Translations under genes and position numbers: made by a program | Part shown: in pieces, positions 32,611 through 41,064 of the stretch | Position numbering within the stretch: the first letter of the stretch is position 1 | Layout: every line of letters starts with the position of its first letter | Source: Candidatus Eiseniibacteriota bacterium | Lineage (GTDB): Bacteria; Eisenbacteria; RBG-16-71-46; CAVPCR01 | DNA: 64,000 nucleotides | Assembly (NCBI GenBank): GCA_963823555.1 | Contig: CAWGMA010000003.1 | Span: forward strand, 544,001 to 608,000 | Reading direction: 5' to 3' | The notes under the pieces: generated by a model | Database searches by the model: none | Told to the model about the DNA's origin: nothing | Seen by the model: only the letters and a program-made list of their open reading frames with translations

Positions 32611-33174
32611 ATGGGAGCCAAGATGAAGATAGCGTGGAGTTCATTCCTGGCCGCAGTACTCATCATTGGAGCTGTTTCCTCCGCGCAGGCCGGCGGCCTG
32701 CTCGGGTTCTCGGTGGGGGGCCAGGCCGGTGTCAGCCGCACCGGGGGCGACGTCGACAAGAGCGCATTCATCGGCGGGGGCTCAGCGCGGGTCGAGATCC
32801 TCTCGATCCTGGCCGGCGAGTTCGCAGTCAACTATCGGCGAGAGAGCCTGGATAGTGGTGATATCAGCACGATTCCGATCCAGGTGAGCGCGCTCATCAC
32901 TCCGCTTCCCCTCATCTATGGCACGATCGGTGTTGGCTGGTACAGCATCAACCTCGATGGCGACCTCACGGATCAGCTCGGAGACATCGGCGATTTCTCG
33001 AACGCGGCGCTGCACCTGGGCGGCGGTATTTCATTCCCCGTTGCTGAGAAATGGAATCTCATTGGTGACATTCGTTACGTCTTTCTCAACTACGACATTG
33101 AGGATCTGCCGGACTTCGACAGCAACGCCGATTTCTACATGATCACGGGCGGGTTGCAGTACGAGGTGTTCTGA
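32611..33174 (+). CDS. Outer membrane beta-barrel protein, paralogue of the upstream gene
   Basis: Signal peptide, GGQAGVS shared with the neighbour, terminal LQYEVF. Confidence 0.8.
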   Translation: MGAKMKIAWSSFLAAVLIIGAVSSAQAGGLLGFSVGGQAGVSRTGGDVDKSAFIGGGSARVEILSILAGEFAVNYRRESLDSGDISTIPIQVSALITPLPLIYGTIGVGWYSINLDGDLTDQLGDIGDFSNAALHLGGGISFPVAEKWNLIGDIRYVFLNYDIEDLPDFDSNADFYMITGGLQYEVF

Positions 33175-33288
33175 GCAGCAATTGGCCGCGGGCGTCGAGA
33201 AGGGTGGACGATCGGAGATACGAGGCAGGGGGACCGAAGAGATCCGGGGGGGCTGATTCAGGACGGCCTAGGCCTTCCCCTGGTGGGC

Positions 33289-33317
33289 TTGACAGGATTC
33301 CTGTCGCGCCGTAGAGT
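33289..33317 (+). promoter_or_regulatory. sigma70 promoter of tRNA-Asn
   Basis: TTGACA - 17 nt - TAGAGT. Confidence 0.7.
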
Positions 33318-33369
33318 ATTTGGGGCGTTGTACTTGCCGCGACGGCAGGCAACGCGCCGAGAGCTTTGT

Positions 33370-33444
33370 TCCTCGGTAGCTCAATGGTAGAGCAAGCGGC
33401 TGTTAACCGCTAGGTTGCTGGTTCGAGTCCAGCCCGGGGAGCCA
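33370..33444 (+). tRNA. tRNA-Asn (GTT)
   Basis: Acceptor TCCTCGG/CCGGGGA, D arm GCTCAATGGTAGAGC, anticodon arm AGCGG-CTGTTAA-CCGCT, GGTTCGAGTCC, encoded CCA. Confidence 0.97.
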
Positions 33445-33754
33445 TCGTCCGGAGTCGCGAGCTGCAAGCGGCTCCGTGGTTAACGCACGGCCCCGGTGGA
33501 GCGATCCGCCGGGGTCTCGTGTTAGCGCGAGATGTGGCACCGAGTTGCGCGCGCGCGCGCGGCGGGCGCGACTCTCTGTTTGCGAACCGTGCGAGTTGGG
33601 GGCCCGAGATGCGGTCGCGAAATGGGGCGGTGGGGCCCGAAACTCTCTCCCTCTCGGCGCGGGACGGAGAATTGGTGAACAGGACTGGTCTACTTGGTGG
33701 CCAAGTAGTACCGTCTTCGAACAACCTGGTAGTCTACGGCCCTGAGGCTGACCG

Positions 33755-34873
33755 GTGGAGAGCAAGATGGACAAGCGCGGCATGCTCATCCGGTTGACGG
33801 ACCTGGTGAACCATCCCGAGACCGAGAGCGAAGTTCGCATACGTGAGGGCCACCTTGACTGGGCGACCTCTGTTGTGCCTCTTCTTCCAGCCTGCATGAT
33901 ACTAACCTACATGCTGCTCATCGGTGCCGTAGGCACATCGAATGGCGAAACCCTGATCGATGACGTGGCTTCTCTATTGCTCGAGTATTATGATGCAGTC
34001 ATCTATGGCGAGGTCACGGGAATGCAGCCAAAGCACATCTACAACCTTAGTGGGCGCTGCACCTGGGTTACCGAGATTGAAATCCAACCACTTAGGCAAT
34101 TGTGGGGGGAATGCAAATCCGAGAAAATCCGAGTATTGACCCTGTCTTTGCCGGAAGACTTGAGGCAAGCGGGGCCAGGGGGTCCTCCGGGCTGTGCTTT
34201 CATAAGCCAAGGGTACCCCCCTCCTGAAGTCGGAGAACAGTGTGTATTCCTGCTAAGTGGACTTTCAGATGGCTATTTCAATGGGTTCCGGATTGCGAAA
34301 GATGCTACGTTTGTTGTAGCGGTCCAGCAGGATGTCATACCCGTGTCTAGTGACGGGACGTTGGCGATCTTTAAAGATGGAATGCAGCAAGAACGTCGTT
34401 GGGCGCTCGACGACTTCTCAGATGCTCTTGAGCGAGCAGCGAGTCGGCTCTCCCTGAGCAGCCTGATCCATAGATCATCTACCATAGCGTTGGTCAACCT
34501 GGTGGAACTTCATGGTGATCCTCGGGGAGCCTGGAGCCAGCGCATGGTAGTAGCAACTGCCTACAAGGGAACTGCCGCTGGGGACACGCTCGATTGCGAG
34601 GCCGATGTCACTCCTGGCGGGCAAGACAATGCAAGAGATGCACTGAAGGCTCACTATGCAGGAGTGCTGCTGTGGAAGCTTCAAAAGTCCAGGGTCAGGA
34701 GGGCGATCTACTTCGGTTGGACTTTGGGTCAGGCTACGGGTGAATCCACCAGTGGGCGGTGGGTCCCCGTCAATCAGGACGATGTCGTGATGCTCCCAAG
34801 TGCAGTACTGATAGATGGCCAAATTGAGCGTGCGCAAATCGCTCTCTCCAGCCTGACGGACGAAATTGAATGA
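33755..34873 (+). CDS. Hypothetical protein (island orphan; start uncertain)
   Basis: 372-codon ORF with visibly lower GC and relaxed codon usage compared with the core genes. Confidence 0.6.
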   Translation: MESKMDKRGMLIRLTDLVNHPETESEVRIREGHLDWATSVVPLLPACMILTYMLLIGAVGTSNGETLIDDVASLLLEYYDAVIYGEVTGMQPKHIYNLSGRCTWVTEIEIQPLRQLWGECKSEKIRVLTLSLPEDLRQAGPGGPPGCAFISQGYPPPEVGEQCVFLLSGLSDGYFNGFRIAKDATFVVAVQQDVIPVSSDGTLAIFKDGMQQERRWALDDFSDALERAASRLSLSSLIHRSSTIALVNLVELHGDPRGAWSQRMVVATAYKGTAAGDTLDCEADVTPGGQDNARDALKAHYAGVLLWKLQKSRVRRAIYFGWTLGQATGESTSGRWVPVNQDDVVMLPSAVLIDGQIERAQIALSSLTDEIE

Positions 34874-35035
34874 CTGGGAGGGACTCATCCCTGGGGCCTG
34901 ATCAAGGCGAGCTACGGGCAGTAGGCGGGCGGGGGCGCACGTCGAATCGCTTGACACACGTCCGCCCGACCCGGTAGTTTATAGGCAGCAGCGTCGGCCG
35001 TAGACACGACGGCCATAGAAGACGACCTGTCACCA

Positions 35036-35172
35036 GACAGCGACCCGGCTGCGGAGCAGAAGGCGTTGTGGGTGTTGCTTCGGCACCCCGACGCCTTTTC
35101 CCGTCCTACCGCCGGAGCGGCACCCCCGACCCCTTCCTCTCCCCAGGCCGAGCGCCCTGGAGGGGATGGATG
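35036..35172 (+). promoter_or_regulatory. Structured leader, copy A (candidate RNA switch)
   Basis: CTGC-GGA-GCAG hairpin, long stem 35060-35097 with T tail, alternative partner 35117-35136, SD-sequestering hairpin before ATG 35170; homologous to 39714-39852. Confidence 0.65.
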
Positions 35173-35391
35173 GACTTCCTCCGAGACCCGGCGGTGATGA
35201 CGCCGGGGGAGCGGCTCACCGAACTGGCGGCGATCCTTGCCCAGGGGTACCTGCGGCTCCGCGCCCGACCCGAGATCGCGCTTCCCGCCGAGAGCGCCGA
35301 GAGCAGGCTGGACTCTCGGCCCGACCAGAGACCTCCATTGGACGCCGGGTTAGCGCCCGGAGACCCGGTTCGAGAGGAGGTCGTGGGATGA
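35170..35391 (+). CDS. Small hypothetical protein preceding DUF2924
   Basis: GGAGG SD; MTPGERLTELAAILAQGYLRL resembles small ORFs I associate with DUF2924 loci; ATGA overlap with the next gene. Confidence 0.6.
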   Translation: MDFLRDPAVMTPGERLTELAAILAQGYLRLRARPEIALPAESAESRLDSRPDQRPPLDAGLAPGDPVREEVVG

Positions 35392-35891
35392 AGGTGAACG
35401 TCGCCGCCGAATTCAGAGCTCTCGGGCGCATGACCGCTGGCGAGCTGCGGGAGAAATACCGGGCGGTCTTTGGCGAGGAGACGCGGTCGGGGAACCGGGA
35501 CTTCTTGCGGAAGCGGATCGCCTGGCGCATCCAGGCCCTGGCCGAGGGCGGCCTCTCTGAGCGCGCTCTCCGCCGGGCCGAGGAACTGGCCCGGGACGCC
35601 GACCTCCGCATCCGGGCGCCGAAGGGCGAGTCGTTCCCGAGCCATCCTGCTGCTGGAGACACGGTCGTCGGCCGGGTCAACGCGTCCCAGGATCGCCGGT
35701 TGCCGCTGCCGGGGACCGTGCTCGTGCGCCGGTATCGGGGCGAGACCGTCCAGGTGACCGTGCTCGACAACGGATTCGAGCACCAAGGCAAGACCTACAA
35801 GTCGTTGACGGCCGTCGCGCAGGCGATCACCAACACGCACTGGAACGGCTACCACTTCTTCGGCCTGCGCCGGAAGGGGGCCGCGTCGTGA
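35388..35891 (+). CDS. DUF2924 domain protein
   Basis: LRKRIAWRIQALAEGGLS...PGTVLVRRYRG...YKSLTAVAQAITNTHWNGYHFFGL. Confidence 0.88.
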   Translation: MKVNVAAEFRALGRMTAGELREKYRAVFGEETRSGNRDFLRKRIAWRIQALAEGGLSERALRRAEELARDADLRIRAPKGESFPSHPAAGDTVVGRVNASQDRRLPLPGTVLVRRYRGETVQVTVLDNGFEHQGKTYKSLTAVAQAITNTHWNGYHFFGLRRKGAAS

Positions 35892-37468
35892 GCGCGAAGC
35901 GTGGGGGGAAGAAGAACGGCGACCCCGCGACGCCGTCGGTCGTCAGGTGCGCAATCTACTGCCGGGTGTCTGTCGACAGAAGCCTCGACAACGGTGCGTT
36001 CACGAGCATCGATGCCCAGAGGGAGGCTGCTGAAGCCTACGTCGGAAGCCAGAAGCAGAAGGGCTGGACCGCCTTGACCGCGCATTACGACGACAGCGGA
36101 TGCTCGGGCGGGACGACGGAACGGCCTGCGCTCCAGCGGCTTCTAGCCGACGTGCGGGCGGGGAAAGTCGATTCGGTCGTCGTTTACAGACTCGACAGGT
36201 TCTCCCGCAGCCTTCTCGACTTCTCCAAACTCATGGAGGTTCTGGGCCACCACCAAGCATCTCTCGTCAGCGTTTCTGAGGCGTTCGACACCGCGACCTC
36301 GATGGGTCGGATGGTCATGCATCTGCTTGCCACCTTCGCCCAGTTCGAGCGGGAGACGATCGCCGAGAGAACGCGGGATAAAATGGGTGCTGCACGACGC
36401 CGAGGCCGATGGACCGGCGGCCACTTGCCTTTCGGCTTCGACCTAGACCCCGCCGCCGGGCGCCTCGTGGTCAACAACGCCGAGGCCGAGCGGGTGCGGG
36501 CGATCTTCCAGATGTACCTGGAGAAGCACTCGACCTTCGAGGTCCTGCGGGAACTGGCCCGCCGCCGATGGACCACGAAGCGGTGGACGACGCGGAAGGG
36601 GGAGGAGCGCGGCGGGAGAGCATTCGACAAGTCGAGGCTCTTGTACCTTCTCAAGAACGTCGTCTACATCGGCAAGGTGCGGTACGACGGAGTCGTTCAC
36701 GACGGCGCACACGAGGCGATCGTGGACGCCGACGTGTGGCAGCGAGTCCAGATGCTTATCGGACGAAACGCGGTTACAAGCGGCAGCGCTTTCCGAAACA
36801 AGCACGGCGCATTGCTCGGCGGGATCTTACGCTGCTCGAACTGCGACTGCGCAATGACGCCTTGCTACACAACCAAGAACAACCGGAGGTTTCGGTATTA
36901 CACGTGCTTGGTCGCACAACGTCACGGCTGGAACAAGTGTCCTGCCCCGTCGATTCCGGCGACCGAGATTGAGCGGTTCGTCGTCGAGCGCATCCGCGCG
37001 ATCGGCGCCGACCCGGCGCTGCGGGCCGAAGTGATCGCGCAGGCGAAGGCTGCAAGTGCATCACGAGCCGCCGAGTTGGAGCGCGAACGCCTGGACGCGG
37101 AGCGCGAGATGCGGCGCATCGCCGGCGAGATCCGGAAGGCCCTCGGGCGCGTCGAGGGCGCCGGGAACGGCGGCTCGTCGGCCACGACGCGGCTGGCCGA
37201 GTTGCAAGAGCAGGTGGCAGCAGTCGAGGACCGTGCCCGTCGTGTCCGAGATGCAATCGCCGCCCTCAACGCCGACCAGATGGACGAGAGCGCCCTCGTC
37301 TCCGCGCTGGAGCGGTTCGACCCGCTCTGGGAGACGCTCACGCCGAAGGAGCGCGCGCGGGCGATCCACCTGCTGGTCGAGCGCATCGCGTTCGACGGCG
37401 GCCGGGGGACGATCGCCATCACATTCCGGCCGGGTGGGATCAAGGCGCTCGTGGAGGGATCGAAGTGA
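35888..37468 (+). CDS. Large serine recombinase (resolvase, recombinase, zinc-ribbon and coiled-coil regions)
   Basis: AIYCRVS catalytic Ser, SGGTTERPALQRLL, VYRLDRFSRS, CSNC...YYTC, coiled coil. Confidence 0.93.
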   Translation: MSAKRGGKKNGDPATPSVVRCAIYCRVSVDRSLDNGAFTSIDAQREAAEAYVGSQKQKGWTALTAHYDDSGCSGGTTERPALQRLLADVRAGKVDSVVVYRLDRFSRSLLDFSKLMEVLGHHQASLVSVSEAFDTATSMGRMVMHLLATFAQFERETIAERTRDKMGAARRRGRWTGGHLPFGFDLDPAAGRLVVNNAEAERVRAIFQMYLEKHSTFEVLRELARRRWTTKRWTTRKGEERGGRAFDKSRLLYLLKNVVYIGKVRYDGVVHDGAHEAIVDADVWQRVQMLIGRNAVTSGSAFRNKHGALLGGILRCSNCDCAMTPCYTTKNNRRFRYYTCLVAQRHGWNKCPAPSIPATEIERFVVERIRAIGADPALRAEVIAQAKAASASRAAELERERLDAEREMRRIAGEIRKALGRVEGAGNGGSSATTRLAELQEQVAAVEDRARRVRDAIAALNADQMDESALVSALERFDPLWETLTPKERARAIHLLVERIAFDGGRGTIAITFRPGGIKALVEGSK

Positions 37469-37938
37469 CCACTGCGACACAGCGATTGGACCAGAGCGGC
37501 GGCGGCTCGTCGACCGTCGTGTTCAAGACTCACTTCCAGCGCGGGAATCGCGGCTGCCGCCGCCTGCGGGACGGCCCAGCGCCCGCGCCGCCGCCCGTCG
37601 AGCCGGGGCGCGTCCCGCGCATCAGCCGCTTGATGGCCCTCGCCATCCGCCTCGATGGGCTCGTCCGCTCGGGCGCCGTCCGCGACTACGCCGACCTGGC
37701 CAGGCTCGGACACGTGAGCCGGGCGCGGGTCACCCAGATCATGAACCTCCTAGCTTTGGCCCCGGACATCCAGGAGGCGCTCCTCTTCCTGCCGCGCACT
37801 GTCTCCGGCCGGGACCCAGTCAGGGAGCGCCAGGTGCGGCCGATAGCTGCCGTCGTGGACTGGGGGGGACAGCGCCGCCTGTGGCGGGATCTCCGGCACC
37901 GAGCGGGCCTGGACACCGAAGTGCAGGATGTCGCATGA
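37465..37938 (+). CDS. Hypothetical HTH-like protein coupled to the recombinase
   Basis: DYADLARLGHVSRARVTQIMNLLALAPDIQE; GTGA overlap with the recombinase stop. Confidence 0.75.
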   Translation: MTTATQRLDQSGGGSSTVVFKTHFQRGNRGCRRLRDGPAPAPPPVEPGRVPRISRLMALAIRLDGLVRSGAVRDYADLARLGHVSRARVTQIMNLLALAPDIQEALLFLPRTVSGRDPVRERQVRPIAAVVDWGGQRRLWRDLRHRAGLDTEVQDVA

Positions 37939-38081
37939 TCGTGGCACCGCGCCACCCGTGGCCACCGCCGTAGCCGGGGCCCGGCCACGCAATCGATAGA
38001 GGGGAGCCGTAGGGTCGCTCCCGAACGCCGCCCTGCTCGAGGCGGCTAGGCTCCCCTACCTCTCATCGAGCTAAAGGGCAC

Positions 38082-39065
38082 ATGAGCATGCCCAGTACCC
38101 AATTCGACGATGCCGAAGACCATGATCTCCCACAGTTCGGGCGTGATGCGGTGATACGCGTGCGCTTCGGTCTCCGCTACGACCCAAATGTCGAAAAGCA
38201 ATGGCCCGATCGAATCGTACAGCTGCGGGGAGCGATCTCACGCCTGGAACGAGTCAGAAGTGATACGCCAGATGCCTTTGAGCGCGCGTGTGTCACATTC
38301 CATGAATCGACGATGGGCAAAATAGCACGGTTCGTAGCGACTGGGCTCATAGGGTTCACGCACAAGTATGGGCGATGGGACGCCGTTGCCGACTACGAGA
38401 GACCCTTTATATCCCAGTACTTCTTGCTATTTCCACATTTGAAGCCCAAGCCACCGCGGCAGAAGCCAAAGGAGCTGGCGCCACATTTCTATTCAATCGC
38501 CGCGAAATGTGAGCACTTCAAGAGGCTTCTGAAGAACTTGCGCCAGTGTGATCAACAAGTACGAAAGCTGTGTACCGCAGAGGGCATCGACTATAGCCGT
38601 CTGTTCAGGAAGCTGGGAGAGGACCCTGTGCGCACCTTCGTTGGCAATGTGATCGAGTCACCACAGGTGTATGAGGTGTTGTGCGAGATAAGAGAGGTCA
38701 CGCCATCGGCATCCTCGCAAAAGATCGGGCAACGGGACTTCGAAATGGCGGTTATGAAATTCAGACTTGGCTGGGAAGTGCTGCAGTGGCACCTCATCCA
38801 ATGCGGTCTCATTCCGCCCTCGGTAGATGATCCGGCCGAAACCTATGAAGGGCCCGCTGCTGGCAACGACCTGCCCGACGTCTTAGTCGGGCAGGTACGA
38901 GCTGCATTCGAGGAGATCGAGGCGTTGCTCGAGGTTGATCGCCGCGGAAGGTACATAGAGAAGAACTACTTCGAGTGGTTCTGCGACCGGATGGCACTCG
39001 TTACGGGCACCACTTCCAGAACCGTGGCACAGAGAATCAGCGAGGACCGGAAGGGCACCCTATAG
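38082..39065 (+). CDS. Hypothetical protein (lower-GC cargo)
   Basis: 327-codon ORF, no motif recognised. Confidence 0.65.
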   Translation: MSMPSTQFDDAEDHDLPQFGRDAVIRVRFGLRYDPNVEKQWPDRIVQLRGAISRLERVRSDTPDAFERACVTFHESTMGKIARFVATGLIGFTHKYGRWDAVADYERPFISQYFLLFPHLKPKPPRQKPKELAPHFYSIAAKCEHFKRLLKNLRQCDQQVRKLCTAEGIDYSRLFRKLGEDPVRTFVGNVIESPQVYEVLCEIREVTPSASSQKIGQRDFEMAVMKFRLGWEVLQWHLIQCGLIPPSVDDPAETYEGPAAGNDLPDVLVGQVRAAFEEIEALLEVDRRGRYIEKNYFEWFCDRMALVTGTTSRTVAQRISEDRKGTL

Positions 39066-39281
39066 GCGCACTCCCCGGGGGTGGCAAGAAAAGGCTATGC
39101 CGTAAGTCATGCCACAACCATCAGATACCAGCTGCAAATTGTCACCGAGACCATCTTCAGCTGTATGGCTGGGACCGTCTGAGAGGCTGGCGGTGCTCGT
39201 CGGGCGTGGTGAAAACGCTCCGCGACCGGCGAGGCCCCCGCCAACCAAGCTGACGGGCAGGCCGTCCACGTGACGGCCACC

Positions 39282-39330
39282 GGCCCCCATGCTTCCCCTG
39301 GCGGGGCGGGAGCGTGGGGGCCTTTCTCTT
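39282..39330 (+). terminator. Intrinsic terminator/attenuator-like hairpin
   Basis: GGCCCCCATGCTTCC pairs with GGGAGCGTGGGGGCC (15 bp including G-T), followed by TTTCTCTT. Confidence 0.6.
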
Positions 39331-39372
39331 ACCGGTCTGCAAGCGGACCTATCTGGAGGTAGCACAACAACA

Positions 39373-39687
39373 ATGATGAAGTCACAACTGACACGGGCGC
39401 GAGAGCGGTTAGTAGAGCTCGCTCAGGAGCTCGACTTCGGCCAGATCGAAGGTTTGGTCGTGCGCAACGGCGACCCCGTCTTCACTCCGCCGCCTTGCGT
39501 CATGCGCGAGGTTAGAATGCACAGCGACGAGCCGCGAACTAGGCAGTGCGCATCGGACTTCAACTTGAAGCCCGAGGTGATCCACCTGCTTGCAGAAATG
39601 ACCACACTCGGGACGGGAATCATCGATCGAATAGACGTCAAGCATGGGCTGCCGTTTCGCATTCACATTAGGCAACCAATGAACTAG
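39373..39687 (+). CDS. Hypothetical protein of the element
   Basis: GGAGG SD; RLVELAQELDFGQIEGLVVRNGDPVF...IDVKHGLPF. Confidence 0.7.
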   Translation: MMKSQLTRARERLVELAQELDFGQIEGLVVRNGDPVFTPPPCVMREVRMHSDEPRTRQCASDFNLKPEVIHLLAEMTTLGTGIIDRIDVKHGLPFRIHIRQPMN

Positions 39688-39713
39688 ACCACGACAGAAA
39701 GAACAAAGCACTC

Positions 39714-39852
39714 GACAACGAGCTGGCCACGAAGTGGAGGCCGTTGTGGGTGTCGCCTCACGGCGATTCTCGCAACGGCCTTTGCTATCAGCGGCTCGTC
39801 ACTAGGCGAACACCCACACGGACTCCTCCCAGCACGGAGGAGATGCCGAATG
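39714..39852 (+). promoter_or_regulatory. Structured leader, copy B (candidate RNA switch)
   Basis: CCAC-GAA-GTGG hairpin, long stem 39738-39781 plus TT, alternative partner 39805-39826, CTCCTCC/GGAGGAG SD hairpin before ATG 39850. Confidence 0.65.
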
Positions 39853-40401
39853 GGTCAAGTTCCCCCGGACAACGGGTTCGATGAGTACGCCGCTTGCCTG
39901 ATCAGCCGCAAGGCCCGCCAACTTGTCGGCAAAGCGGGGCTCACCGCCGCCGACTGCCAGGATGTAGAGCAGGACCTGGCGCTGCACCTTCTCCAGCAAC
40001 GTCACAAGTTTGATCCCGCGCGAAGCGGCTTCCATACCTACGTCAGCAGGCTCGTCGACCGGCGGATCGCTTCGATCCTCCGCTGGCGCGGTGCTGCCAA
40101 GCGCGACTGGCGCGTGAACGGCCTCTCTCTCAACGCGCCAGTCGAGAGCGCCGATGGTGATGACGTCGAACTTGGTGACACGGTTGGTGCCAAAGACCCT
40201 CCTCTCGACCTACCTGTGGATCTGCAACGGGCGATAGACAGCCTGTCGCCGGACCTGCGAAGGCTGTGTGAACGGCTGAGGGAGGAATCGGCGTCAGAAG
40301 TGGCATTGAGGTTGGGCGTCTCCAGGGCGACCGTTCATGCGCGGATCGGGGTGATCCGGAGGGCCCTCCGGAAGAAGGGACTGCATGACTATCTGGCCTG
40401 A
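39850..40401 (+). CDS. Sigma-70 family (ECF-like) sigma factor of the element
   Basis: Region 2-like DCQDVEQDL...KFDPARSGFHTYV and region 4 HTH SASEVALRLGVSRATVHARI. Confidence 0.78.
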   Translation: MGQVPPDNGFDEYAACLISRKARQLVGKAGLTAADCQDVEQDLALHLLQQRHKFDPARSGFHTYVSRLVDRRIASILRWRGAAKRDWRVNGLSLNAPVESADGDDVELGDTVGAKDPPLDLPVDLQRAIDSLSPDLRRLCERLREESASEVALRLGVSRATVHARIGVIRRALRKKGLHDYLA

Positions 40402-40466
40402 CACTTTTCGAAGCTTTGGCGTATGTAAGGAGTAGAGGCAGGAACGTGAAAGGAGGAGCAAGCAGC

Positions 40467-40781
40467 ATGATCGCTGAGACATACAACTACCACATCGAAG
40501 GGAGGATCCCGTTCGAGGCCGTGGAGGAGTCCCTGCTGCTGGCCATCCTGGCGGCGGAGTGCCTGCATGGGACGCCGCAGGTGCGCCTGGACGCGGTCTT
40601 CAGCGCGGACTCGGCCAAGCGAGCCTGCGTCGTGGATGCCGGGACGGAGGTGGGGCGGGACATAGCGCGGCTGTTCACCGGGTTCTTGTCCCGCCAGTTC
40701 GGGGAAGACAACTTTCGGGTCGAGCGGGTGGGCGGGCAGCACGCCGGGCACCGTGATGCGGCGACCGGAGTGACGCAGTAG
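40467..40781 (+). CDS. Hypothetical protein
   Basis: AGGAGG SD; VEESLLLAILAAECLHG...FTGFLSRQFGEDNFRVER. Confidence 0.7.
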   Translation: MIAETYNYHIEGRIPFEAVEESLLLAILAAECLHGTPQVRLDAVFSADSAKRACVVDAGTEVGRDIARLFTGFLSRQFGEDNFRVERVGGQHAGHRDAATGVTQ

Positions 40782-40839
40782 GACCAAAGGGAACCCCGGC
40801 TCGCGGTGGCACGCAGCCGGGGTCACAGGAGACACTGAC

Positions 40840-41046
40840 ATGGAAACGGTAACGGAAAATAGGACCGTCGGTCAACCCCGTAGTGGAGAGCCCCGCTGCC
40901 GCCGGTGCGGCTGCGTGGATCGCGTCGGCTGGGTCGAGGGCATTGGCTGGCTCTGCGGTCGGTGCGCCAATCGAATCCTCGACCATGTCCTCGACCTCGA
41001 AGACCGCATCCTCGGGGCCTTCGGCGATGGGGTGGGCGGTGCCTGA
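40840..41046 (+). CDS. Small putative zinc-ribbon protein
   Basis: AGGAG SD; CRRC...CGRC. Confidence 0.45.
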   Translation: METVTENRTVGQPRSGEPRCRRCGCVDRVGWVEGIGWLCGRCANRILDHVLDLEDRILGAFGDGVGGA

Positions 41047-41064
41047 GACCACGGCGTTGCCCAA

